Assembly: GCF_964355755.1 (NCBI RefSeq)
Contig: NC_092679.1
Span: 17,281,432-17,345,431, forward strand
DNA: 64,000 nt
Reading direction: 5' to 3'
Origin: Antedon mediterranea
Lineage: Eukaryota; Animalia; Echinodermata
Below the pieces are notes generated by a model that was not told the DNA's origin, made no database searches, and saw only the letters and a list, made by a program, of their open reading frames with translations. Position 1 is the first letter of the stretch. Each line of letters starts with the position of its first letter. Of this stretch, positions 12,101 to 23,191 are shown piece after piece. The position numbers and the translations under genes are program-made.

Positions 12101-15100
12101 TGTATTCTTCAGTGTGCAAAATATATATACAATAATTAAATAAAATTTTGTTGCCAATAATTATTTTTTTCTTCTTCCAGGTGTTTGGGAGATGGTTGCC
12201 AATTTTGGGCTATTAAATGGTGCCAATAAAATGAAAATTATGTTTGGTTAGTCTAGCGAAACCTCCTCAATTTCTATCCTATGGCACGGTCCAGCTTCAA
12301 TTTTTGACATATTACCTGATTTTGTCCGTGACCTTGACCTTCCCCTTTCCTGTGAACCTATACCAGACATATTAAACCTTTTGTGTCTTTCTCTGAACAA
12401 GAAAACAAAACTAATTTTAATACAATGAATACATGTTATTTATTGAGTGTTCTGGTTTATTTTTTATTTTTTAATTAATTAATTTAATTGGAACGGATGA
12501 CAAATTAAAGATACCTTTAACAAAATGTATAAGTTTTAAGTACTTACACCTTAGACTTGGTTTCTTGTTGCCGTTTCTTTTTGTCCTCAATGTAAGCTGT
12601 TGGATTAAAGCGAGGAACACGAGCACCTACAGTACAAAACAACAAGAAAGAAAGAACTGTAATTTTATATTGAATTAATATTACTGTATAGTATTGCCTA
12701 GAGATATAAATTTATATCTTGGCCAATAATTATTTGCTTAATTTTTTGAGAAGTGCTCTCAATGTACTGAGTAGGGCAAAACAATTAGTTGCCTGACTAT
12801 TAAGGGAACACTTTGTTGGGTCCTAAAGGTGTCCCCTAAGTAAGGCTCTGCTGTAAAGTATATAGACAAAAAATGTAGTAATGCACCTATTTTAATTTTC
12901 ACAATATAGAGGATGCTATGAGATGCAATCAATTTTACCTGCTGGTGAAGGAGACCGACTACCTATAGAAGACACGGATGGAGTACGTCCTCGTGAGGTA
13001 GACCTACGCCTTGGTTCTCGTGTGAAAGCTCGCTCACGGGATAATGACCTTTGTCTAGAAGCTTCACGTGCTCTATCTTGCGTGCTTAACGGCTGACGTG
13101 CTGGTTTGCGATGAGATGACCGGGGGGGCGGTAGAATAGGCGATCTGTTAGCTCTTCCATTTCTAAGATAGACAAAAATAGGCATGTAAATAGATATGTT
13201 TGGAATGTAGTAAGTACAAAGGGGTACATGAAAAGAATAAATAAAATTGTACTACCTTCGCTTGTAGACAGCTAGTTCATTTGTAAGGCTTTTTACTCGA
13301 ACTCTTAAATTTCTTTCGCTGGCCCGAAGTTCCTCTACCTAGGATATAAAAAATAAACGTTAGTTTTCAAACTCCATATAAATAGGCAATACTTAAGGAA
13401 ATTAAAGTCCCTTCATAAGTAAGCAAGGGTAATTTACAATAAAAGTGACAATCATATGAATTTTGTTTGTTTTATAAAATATTGTGGGTGGGATATTCTG
13501 GTATTTGGTTCAATGTAGACAGGAAAGAATTTTAAAAGGTCCTCTATAATATTGTTGGTCAGAAGGTTTTCACAATTTTTAGTATCTTATGTTGGCCACA
13601 AGTTTTGTATAAAATACACCTCATCAACATAAAATCAAATAAATGTTTAAAATAACTACTAAAATATAAAGTATAAGGTATGTTATTGCATGATGCAGTA
13701 GTACCGTACAACACATTATCTGTGAAATTGGAGTAGTTGCAGAAGGTATCAGTACATTTATTTTCCTTTAAGTTTTTTTACCTCTTCGACTAAATCTTTA
13801 AACTCTTGATTTCTTTTGGCAGTTGATCGTTGAAACTTTCGTCTTTCATTCATTAATTCTTCTTCAGAATTTTTTATAGCATTTTTGAGAAAGCGAATTT
13901 CTTTTACCGATGATCCTTTTGTTGTTGTTTTCAATTCTCGCCTAAACTGGAGAAATGACGCCTCTATTTCTTGCTTTTCTTGTAAAAGGATTTCATAACT
14001 AGAGAATAAATAACTCATTATAATGACATAACAGGTCAGTAGAAGGATGAGGATTGGTTAGAATTATAGCTCATTGCACAATTTACATTTATTTTATTCA
14101 ATAACAATTTATAGAATGAGTACAAAATAGTAACTTTACAGTTGTCTTTGGTCATTATGCATTTTTTATGCAATTTTCATCAACCAACTGTCCTCTTTCT
14201 TAAACTTCATAAATTATTTTGTCACAGAACATTGAAAGTGTTATGCTCAACATATTAAAACACAGTATAACCCCTTCTATTGGCCAACCTCAATTCAGAA
14301 GTTCTACTGTAAGTGGTGAATACAATAGACAGTAAGTAAGTAAATGAATACTTTAGTAAGCTCCAATATCATTTATCCACAATAAATATACTGATACGAT
14401 ACAATATTATTTATTGTCATCTTAACAATAAAGTACAAATGACATTTGGTTGGTTAGTTTACATACAATTTACAGAATAAATACAATAAAAAGCATTTAA
14501 CCAATGAATCTAAAAAGATCTTACAAACTAAATATGTGAATAGAATTATATAAACAATGATTGTCGGCAAATAAAGGCACAGCATTAGGCCTCTAGGGTT
14601 CTGTTTCTGCTGCATAACGCAAATTAACCGTTTATTTTAAAATAGATTAAAAATAACAAGACTGCGTTTCTGCTCAATTTGTGCTCCGAAATAACCGGTT
14701 ATATCAATGGGTGGTCACTGACAAAAATAGTTAGAATTACCCAAAATGCAATTGGTCCTCTTGGTGGTTAATTCAAACGTTACTGCCGTGTAGTTGACTC
14801 GGGGTCAGCAGCTGTCAATCAAATAACCGTTATTTTGTGTTGCAGCTAAAAGTTGCCCAGCGATAACCAGTTAAATGGCTTTCTAACACAGAATTGAATG
14901 GGTGTTTTTAACCGGTTATTTAGCGCTGCCTTTTAACCAGTTACCACAAATTTGTTCCGTTTCTGCTCGCAAGAAAATGGAGTTAATTTATTCACACCGA
15001 TTTTAACCGGTTATTTTTATGCAGTAGAAACAGGCCCTCAGTCCATAGAAGCCACATAGAGCAGTATCTATAATAATAAGCCAACAGCGTAATGTCCCGT

Positions 15101-18100
15101 CTTGAACACATATTAATATTGTAAAGTAGGGCAGAGTACTTACTCCTTTTGTAATCTGTGAAGCTCCACATTCCTGAATTCTGGCTGGAGCTAAAAATGA
15201 AACGTGTTTTTTTTAATCCAGAATTTTTGTTTAATATATAAAGGTAAATGCAAATTAGTATAAAATATAAGTACAGTATGTTATAAGCTGATTTTTAAAA
15301 ATTAATTTGAAACCTTTCTAAAAATTAGAAGTCCCAAAATAGGATATATTTCCTTTTCTATAATTTAATCAAACGTTAAAAATTAATTGCTACTTTCTTT
15401 AATAATGTCAGTGCTTTCAATTCATTATTAAATTATCAATTAATTTAGTCTCGTTGACATGTTTGATAACGAGTTGATGATTTAATGTATACACAACTGA
15501 TTAAAAATCCACTTTAGTTAATGAAAAACTTACATGGATTAGATCAGTATAATTGCTAGATCTAACAAACAACATATTACAATAATTAGCCAATTTTTAC
15601 TGATTCCTTGAGGGGGCAGAAATCTCAATCTCGTAATTATTTTCAAAGTAAGTTATTGTAGTTATATTTAATATAGGGCATTATACCAAAATCTTGATTC
15701 AATTTGTTAAATTAAAAATAATAAATAGAAAAAACATCATATTATATGCTAACTAAAAGAGAATGAAAAACTAAAGAGGAACCAAATATAACCACAAGCA
15801 TTCTAACTACTGCGAGAGGTTAAAAACAGACGAGGCAAAGATGTTTTAAATATAATAATTATTATAATAAAATAAGACGTTATCTGCTGGGAAATTCGGG
15901 TGTGTAGTGAAAATGCATGCTAGCTACGGCCCTGGTATGGTAACCAGTGTTCTCCCGAAGCAGGTTACGCCAGCAAGATTTACCTACAAGATTATAGTCC
16001 AGGAAGAAGGGCCTGAGTGGTGAGATTAGACTGAAAATGCATTAAAAACGATTTTCAATAATGAATTGTGTCAACAATTTTGCTTAAATCATATACCATA
16101 CTAGCAAAGATAGGGCGGGGTTCAAATGTAATAATGTTATAAATCATTTCCAGTCCTGGTAAACTCGCTTTCTCTCTCTTTACAATTTAAATTTAATAAT
16201 CTGATCAAAATCTAATCAATATTATTTTATTAAACAAGAGCAAAACATCTTTAATTACAATAATGTAATGAATAAATTGTGAAGTGTGATGGTTTTACTT
16301 ATAATTAACTTATGCAAATTCATGTCTGAAATTTCAAGTTTTCTTTCAATCAAAAACAATTTTTAAAAAAACATAATAGCAGGGAGGGCTAGGGAAAAGT
16401 CACAGTAGATACATTTTACTTATCATATTGTTCAATTTTTTTTTAATTACCTGAATTTTCTACATATTAATAAATAATTTTGATAATATCTCATCTTAAT
16501 TTAAATATTCTTTCTGAAGAAAGAAAGGGAGGTCAGGGTAATGTTTTGGTTAACTTAAATTTTCCTGGCAGTTTAGCACGTTTTGTATTAGGTACCACTA
16601 TTCCAAAGAGACCCTCCAACACTGGGCTGCTCATGCTCTGGGGCCCCTTAAGCTCTGGTTCCCCTTAAGCTCTGGGGCCCCTTAAGCTCTGGTGCCCCTT
16701 AAGCTCTGGGGCCCCTTAAGCTCTGGGGCCCCTTAAGCTCTGTGGCCCCTTAAGCTCTGGGGCCCCTTATGCTCTGGGGCACCTTAAGCTCTGGGGCCCC
16801 TTAAGCTCTGGGGCCCCTGGGTTTAGCCAGTAAACGCTCATAGATGTTATAAATGCTACTATTCCAAATGTGAAGCATCTCAAATAAAAACATCACATGG
16901 AACTTATTTAGAAATTGATTTAACAATATAATTTTCACAAATTGAATAAGTACACTAGCAGTTACAGTACATATAAACAAGTGCAACCTCACAGAGTTGT
17001 AATTGCTAGTCATTATTTGATAATTCATTTTTCAACAATAGGTTTCAATATCATGAATAAAAATCGACTTGTAAAAGAACAATTGAGCGACCATGAGGAT
17101 AATTATGAATGTCAGTATAATTCTTGTATTCAAGGATGAATTACAATAAGACCTCAATTACTGGTTGTTTTCTATTGTAATATAAGCAGCAATTATATAT
17201 ATGAATGAGCATCAAACACATTCACGTTTATAATCTCAATAAAAAAAATGTCTTAATTTAAATTCTAAAGTTAGTCACGTACGACTATTAATTTGATATG
17301 GATTCCAAAATAATAACTACTGCAATGTAAGGTCTTTCATTCAATTGAGGACCACTTTATTTAAAGTTGCCTCCAATTATAGACCACTTTTCTTTAGCCT
17401 GGATAGTAATAAAATTTGGCTCGATTAAGTAATATTTAATAATATTAGTGTTGGATTTTTAGTTTTTTAGTCTATTTTTTTATTTTTTTATTCTCATTTT
17501 AGGTAAATTGCCAAGAATAACCACAAGTGAATTCATTCACTATCCTTCTCAAAGGTGGTAATCCCGTTACATATACACAATATGCTCTACATAAACAAAG
17601 ACTTATTATTACAAGTCTTTGGGAGTGGAGTTGTAAATTGTCATATGACAGGACTTGAACCCAGGACCCTTAGATTGGTAGCCTAGCATCATAACCACCA
17701 AGCAACAACTCCACTCCGTCAATGACAACCAAAACCACGGCCGAACCGGTTAAACATTTATATATATATCTTTATCGTTTCAAATTAATTAATTAAATTT
17801 CAGTATATTACCGGGCGGTTTAGGATTAATGTTCTTTGCCTGATTTGTTTATATATATATATATATATATTTTTATACCATTTTTTTAATTTAGAGAAAA
17901 AAAGATTATTTGATAAAGCAAATGTCAGTGCTTTGGTTTGTGTTGAAGTTTATTGATGGCTAGCAAAATTGAATTCGGGCCAGTAACAACATTGTTTACT
18001 GGCCCAAATATAACATGACATGATTCAGTTTACATAATTTTATTACTTTTAAATTCAGGGCCAGTAACAAAATTGTTTACTGACCCAAAAAAAACATAAA

Positions 18101-20526
18101 CATGATTTTATTTACAAAATGTTATTACTTTTGAACTCAAGCCAGTAACAAAATTGTTTACTGGCCCAAACATGATTTTTTTTACAGAATGTTATTTTTC
18201 GATAATTTGTGATAATACATACTGTACCTGTTTCTTCAAACGCTTAATCTCCAATTTTAAGTCACGTACTGTGTTCTGTAAAAGCACAGGATCTGGTTTG
18301 CCTTGGTATGTTAACGGGAGCGGGTAGTGGATTCTAAAACACAAAAAAGATCAATTTATCAATTGAAACTGTACAAAGTACATTCTTTTTTATTATTTAT
18401 ATACTGGGTATTGAATTTAAATGCCAGTAAATGTTTGTACAGTGTAACTTAAAATTTGTGTTTTTATGCAACTTCGGATTTTGGTAGGAGTCACCAGATA
18501 TAATACAGTATAACATGATTTTCAGCTTAAACTACTGAAAATAAAATCAGAATTTTGCCATTTAAAAAAAATGTTTGGGGTTTTTTTTTATTATCATTCA
18601 TTCGTTCATTTTACTTTTATTCGGAAACAAACGTCCGCAGTTACAAAATTAATTACATAAATAAGTTTAAATAAAAAATCTCAGGACCTCCATCATTTTG
18701 TTATGAAGCCTGGATGATTCAAATGATGATACAATTAATATATATATGTTTGAACATTCAAAAAATATATATGAAAATTCATGCCTGTAGCTAAGATTTA
18801 AATGATTAAAAAATCAGTAGCCTTTGGGTTATGACATTTTCATAAAAAAATATGCATACCTATCAAACTCAACAGTGTAAGTAACGATCAAATAACGCTT
18901 TGAATTGAGTGCAACCTTTTGTGAACTTGGAACAGTTCGACTGGCGACACCTGCTTTTGAATTCCGTAACGATTCAAGATCAGCATATGTTAGCAGGTCG
19001 AGGTTGACAGATTCACTAGTCTTGTAAAAGGACAAAAGAAACAGATAATTTAAGTTATTTTTTTGCTTTAAATCAAACTTTTTTTAAGTAAATAATATTT
19101 TTTTTTTAATCCAGTTTTTGATCAAAGTGAATAACTATTATGCGACAAATAAAAATGGCAAAGTAAACAACAAATTTGAAGAAAAAACAATTGTTAGGGG
19201 GAAAATATATCAAATATTTTATATATAGGATATGAATACACTTATTATAACTAAAAATTCAATTATCACAAAAATAAAATGAAAAATGTTGCTGAATAAC
19301 TGAACAACATAGGTCGGTTGGTAAAATATTTTTTGGTTTTGGCCAGTCGAACTTGGTCAACAGCTGACATATCTTACCTACCTTTGAAATTGCTGATTTT
19401 AACATATTCACAAAAATTGAAAACTGTTTAAAATTTCCTGTTTTGTGGGTCAAATCTTCTATATCTAAAAATGAAAATGTTTTCAAAAGAGTTACGCTAA
19501 AATGAAATGACTTTTATTGTCATAAGAAAATGCTCAAAATCTATGTATTAATAATTGCGTCAATATTGTATTGTTTTGACACAAACTTACCAGGTGACAC
19601 AATACAGACATTATTGATGCATTGTACATTTTTTAGACTGATCGATGTTTTTAACATTTGGTACACCAAAATCACTACAAAAGTATGATTTTATTAAATA
19701 ATGATGATAAAATGTAATAACACTCTAAATACAGGGAATAATTTCGCCAGTGTAGCATAGCAAAAAGCTATACAAAACAACATTATTGCTACACATTTCT
19801 AAAAAAAAAGACAATACAAAACTATGTTTCTCAACTCAACAATCAGTTTGATTAGCAATTTTGCTAAACAAAATTTTTAAATGAAATTTTTCCCTGAAAT
19901 ATATCATATTTTGTATAATTTACACTTTATACTGGTAGGGCTTGATTATTATTGATAGGACTTGGTATTCAGGAGGAACACAACATTCAAGAGTGTGATA
20001 TAATTCCTTTGTGTTGTTAAAGATAATTCTATTGATCTCTTTTTTGACCGTTATAATTGTTTTTGTAATAAAATTAGTAAAATTGTATAAATTTGTATTG
20101 TTAGATTTTAAGATTTATATATATTTTTATATGGTATAGTTTATTCCATTGTGTAAGGGGCGGGTTTCCCGCTGTTGAATGAGTTTGAATAAAATAAAAA
20201 AAATAAAATAAAAATATGTGGGTTATATAAAGTGAATAATCATTTTTACTATACAAAAGATATTATGAGATGTCTTGAAAGGAGTTTATTCTTATCTCCT
20301 TATTTACAGTAGTAGGCTAAGTACAGTACATACATTCAACAACCACTTCTCCCACACTCTAAGATAGGCTCAGACTTCACTTACAAGTTGCATCAAAGGT
20401 ATTCCGCCATTGGTCCGCTGAAAGACGATCCTCGACCTCTACCATGAGCTGATCATCAGTTTGCACAGTTGCTGTGACAACATACTCCATGCCACGGAAC
20501 ACAAACACACTACTATTGTTGTCCAT
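6124..20526 (-). CDS. CCDC61: CCDC61/VFL3 centriolar coiled-coil protein, 15 coding exons, ~535 aa
   Basis: Exons (5' to 3'): 20385-20526, 19382-19464, 18860-19020, 18228-18333, 15144-15190, 13782-13998, 13256-13338, 12939-13162, 12548-12626, 12316-12392, 11872-11980, 11548-11605, 11402-11445, 7027-7115, 6124-6212; phases are all consistent (1608 nt). Motifs FRGMEY, EVEDRLSADQWR, IEDLTHKTGNFKQF, KRYLIVTYTVEFDRIHYPLPL, RFNPTAY, EMSDIDARLVALQEFM match CCDC61. Exons between 11402 and 12392 lie in a low-complexity region and are less certain. Confidence 0.92.
6720..6925 (-). mobile_element. 5'-truncated L2/CR1-group LINE 3' fragment
   Basis: Translates WGDRTFSVAGPRLWNQLP...FKSLLKTHLF (typical ORF2 C-terminus), followed by GGCGCTATATAAAT and a (GATT)n tail. 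Confidence 0.8.
7391..11147 (+). mobile_element. CR1-group non-LTR retrotransposon, antisense inside a CCDC61 intron
   Basis: One intact ORF; 3' UTR stem-loop (ACCCT..GTGAC-GTTTG-GTCAC..AGGGT, ~11081-11115) and A-rich tail; 5' junction abuts a (TAT)n run; boundaries approximate. Confidence 0.9.
7413..11018 (+). CDS. LINE polyprotein: leader + 2A-like motif + APE endonuclease + reverse transcriptase (1201 aa)
   Basis: APE motifs YYQNVRS, LTETWL, RRDR..GGGV, YRPP, GDFN, LDL, SDH; RT motifs YRPVSLL, QHGF, DMAKAFD, GVPQGSILGP, FADD, KDLG; DIEVNPGP at aa 241-248. Confidence 0.95.
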   Translation: MNTDVFLLCCVWFISFTFSFTPTQYPFNDDHEVFWSGYGCNCNNNFYQSLFKYVNFSTINLGRQSEFQRIALPVCERVCVVSCPGQYANVKWSQVEMEYTKRSMNNFVQYFFYYFTDAVYIRFILDDDFHPIPFYYSKCAITSCPGQYAHVKWNQVEMELTQRSMNNFVQYFFYYFNDAVYIDDDFHPIPIYYSKCAISITGLTSLQVRKKSKVKFLGRAVSYYSNSVSTLRIWSVVLGGDIEVNPGPNATNSNNKSSSLKVYYQNVRSVKNKIESYKSELFSHMCTRYIDVVALTETWLNNTVIDCELSLDGFNLYRRDRQEDKRGGGVLILINNKYRSCRLIKFEDESQELMWVKIQLSRKKCLIIGIYYRPPSAPKSQIDRLCESINNVQYEFQGFNHDVMLLGDFNLPEIKWRLNSYNKCNIVECEAPDNSNGKFFIDNILQGNNFNQFVYFPTCADHTLDLVLCNTICHEVSSGEDIFTSDHCAINFKYPIEFNKHLINNDDRLLHNFKKLNKLDFIQTLSPIPWHLLDLAVDIDEAVNLFYDFIFAAIKDLVPVFRPKRKLPPWFDNELYTALKSKESYFREKKRNPNRLNIENFRFARSNFKRLCRFKYRTYVNSLCCNLSCNPKRFWSWIKSSRKNNNNIPSELHFNNQSAYTVKDKANLLNQFFYSVFSPINNDLDIPNLPEYPIDCLSKLEFNQEVIEKHINEIDSHKASGNDGLSNIVLSLAAKPLSFPCKILFERCISEKRFPIKWKQANVCPIFKAGSKSDVRNYRPVSLLPTISKVFEKIVHDQIFKHISPVISDHQHGFYPGRSCETNLSVLLSHAYDTINAKGQCEVVYTDMAKAFDRVSHKLILFKLQQFGLNHDLILFFTSYLSDRFQRVTFDGNTSEWLPVLSGVPQGSILGPLFFIMFINDFSFVPRHSNVLMFADDFKLFKSIQTLNDMLLLQEDVDRLIHWCDTWNMSVNASKCKSMSFTLKKNPIYFDFYIKNIILERVSVHKDLGIFLDSSLTFCKHIDFIVSKCNRLLGFLWRHCRHINDKKALVILYKSLVRSNLEFCSVIFNSISLAQSSRLQSVQNKFCRFYVRKFGSISKDVLINLAGRRKLFDLIFLFKAVNSIFHGNFEVYFPISVPQYQLRNPALFSISRGRVNITKNGFVNRLPKLYHSLCKIDGSVDIFFDSLACFRHKVLSNVSNI
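11657..11835. mobile_element. Short MITE related to the element at 48481-48641
   Basis: Inverted ends TACACAGATGAGCGGTAA / TTACCGCTCGTCTGTGTA; shares internal ATCTATCCTGA..GGAAACC and CTATATTTTTATTACC with the 48.5-kb copy. Confidence 0.65.
14595..15038. mobile_element. MITE with Harbinger/PIF-like termini, ~440 bp
   Basis: Imperfect TIRs AGGGTTCTGTTTCTGCTGCATAA / TTATGCAGTAGAAACAGGCCCT; internal TAACCGGTTA repeats. Confidence 0.7.
16635..16817. repeat. 17-bp GC-rich minisatellite (GCTCTGGGGCCCCTTAA)n, ~10-11 copies
   Basis: Direct tandem copies; the array contains the palindromes GGGGCCCC and CTTAAG. Confidence 0.95.
17500..17713 (-). mobile_element. tRNA-derived SINE (family A)
   Basis: Minus strand begins GGAGTTGTTGCTTGGTGG (A-box-like)...GGTTCAAGTCC (B box); similar copy at 42008-42247. 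Confidence 0.75.
17975..18180. repeat. Three ~80-bp tandem units, each with the hairpin GGGCCAGTAAC...TTTACTGGCCC
   Basis: Direct inspection. Confidence 0.8.
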
Positions 20527-23191
20527 CTTTACTTACAGTACTATTGAGTGTCTACAGTAAATCGATAAAAAGAGATTTATTCAAGTGAATTTTAAACACA
20601 AACAAATGTCATGGATGATAAGTAAGTAAGTAAATTTATTGCATTTGTAAATGCAATAATAAAATAACAAAAACATTTACATTAAAATGAATTGAACAGT
20701 TTCGGCTAAAAAAATAAATATAACTTAAACTACATGGTAAAACTAACCCATGCCAGGTACTATTCCGGCTACTTAAAGGTTGCGCGGAAGTATTAAACTA
20801 TTACTAAAATAATAAGATGCTACTGGACTGCATTTTGCACATACTGAGAATGAGATTATCTGTTTATCGTTATGTTCCTAGTTTCAAGCACTGCTTAGCA
20901 TTTATTGACGACTGACGTGACCTGAAGCTACTAGGGTAAAAATGCAGTGGCAACAAATATAAAATTAACACACACAGCCTATCTAGTCTAGGAGGCCTAT
21001 CACTCAGCAGTGAACTGAGAAAAATATATCAAATAATATATAATACGGTATGCATAAAAAAAGGTATTTTGAATCTATATAACTAACATAGCCTATATAG
21101 AGGGCCTACGTACTAGTTACTACTGAGTGTACTACTCTACTTCTAGGCTTAAAACAAAGATAGACTCTACTCAGGGTATACCACTCAGTCTAGGCTTGTT
21201 AGGACCTAAGCCTAAGTAGGACTTGTCTGGCCCTGACCTTTCTTGTACTACGCGGCCTACTAGGCCGGCTAGGCATAGATAGGTGCCTGCCTACGCGGCC
21301 TATACTATAGCCTAGCCTAACCTTAGCTAGGCTAGTTTAACCTACTACTAGCCCGGCTCTCTATCTAGCCTAGCTAGGCCCCTAGTCTAGCTATTTAAGT
21401 AGGCTAGCAACCAACATAATATATACACACACTTACATAAAATTAAATGATTAAAATACTTGTTATCGTTTAACTAGACTATAGTATATAGCCTATGTAT
21501 AGTATTCATTATTAAATGCACGTCAATTTTAATTTTGTTGTCAGTATCACCTTCTTTCATACTTCTCTCTCTCCTCTCGCCGCTTTCAGCTCTATTTTTG
21601 AACTGCCGCCTAAAAGCGCCCTCAACGCATCACATAACCCGTACTTATTTTTTGGTGATAAAAATAATTTCACCGTTTTTTCAGGTTTTAACCTATTCCG
21701 ATATCAAAACATTTCTTTTTCATAGATTAGAATTTATTCACAATTTTAGGCAGGTCAAAATAAAGCAACAATTTTTGTTTTACTTTACTCGCTGATATGT
21801 AACATATTAGCAAAGAAGGCCTCCTAGCCTTTTAATTGTAGGCCTATTGTCATAGAGTTACCGTAGTGTAGTAGGCCTATCAAGGATTTTGAATAAAAGG
21901 GACCAATTTATACACATTTTTAAATGTAAATTTTTCTCAATTGACATTTCCAATGCTCTTATGTCTCCGTTTGTATTCTCATATGTCTTTTTTAATCATG
22001 TCTACTTTCTTTAATATTCTTCCCACAAACTTCCACATACATTTTACACCGTCTCTCCTGTGTGTATTTCATCACACATCTATAGGCCTAAAGGCTTATA
22101 CTCAAATTGACAACATTATAATTTTCAATCTTTTAATTCGGAAACTCTGGTCCATATAGAAAGTATATATTATTAGCAAAAATAAACTGTAGGCCTAATA
22201 ATTACATAAAAGCAAATCCCACTTTAAAGTTCTAAACCGCCTGGTGATATACTGAAATTTAATTAATTTTATATTTATTTTTTGTTTTATATTTGTAGGT
22301 ATTGTTTCTTGTTTTGTATTTTTGTAATACAATTTAATTTAATTTAATTTACAGAATATAATTAATTTAATTTAATAATAATTTAATTTAATAATAATAC
22401 AATTTAAAAATAATTTAATTTAATTTACATAATATAACAGATACCTATGATTCGTACAAGCATTTAATTTACTACGGCTGTGTTATGAATACTACCGAGT
22501 TAATAACCATGGTCCGGGTCCGCCGCCATAATATAACAGATACCTATGATTCGTTTCGTACGTATCAATAGGTCACGTGAGTGTTTCGTTAGTGTTGCTA
22601 GGTTGGTATCGATGTATCTATTCATCTTGCATATTAATTGCTATTTCACGATTCTCTCATTCAGGCTATCTAACGGTGATGATAATTTGAAGGAGAAGAG
22701 GAGGAGAAGGCCAGAATAATACGCTCGCTAACCATACATATACGACTTACTCGATCGCGTGACGTGATTGCACTGTTGTTGAAGACGCTTATCCTAGCAT
22801 TTACACTATACAGTTGAGTACTTCACTATACTCTGAAGAAGCACGCAAGTAGGCCTTTTTGTTGGATAACAATTCATAAAGGATCCTGATGGTGGATGTG
22901 TGTATTAGCATATTAAATATACATTCACGTGTTATCTTATTATAGTACTGAAGTATAGGCAGGTGGTGAAAGAAAGCGAGACTATCGTCTATCTAAAAAT
23001 GTAAAAGCTATCTCCGGTTATTAACTTCTGTCATGTTATATTGATTTAATCATTTCGTTATTCAGGAATCTTCGAGCAACATCGATAAAGAAATAGGACT
23101 TTAGAATGACATAATTCAAATGTTCTTCGTAAACGCACGTTAATATTGTATTATATTGAGCCTTTAATGACCGAGCTGTGAGTCAGTCGTT

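Noticed and set aside
17640-17713. tRNA genes here and at ~42180-42247 and ~57530-57604
   Set aside because: A/B boxes are present, but I see no complete cloverleaf and each continues into a SINE body and tail
19930-20215. Possible 3' remnant of a LINE (hairpin GCGGG-TTT-CCCGC plus A-rich tail); similar remnants near 18600-18720 and 20620-20870
   Set aside because: Too degenerate to classify or delimit
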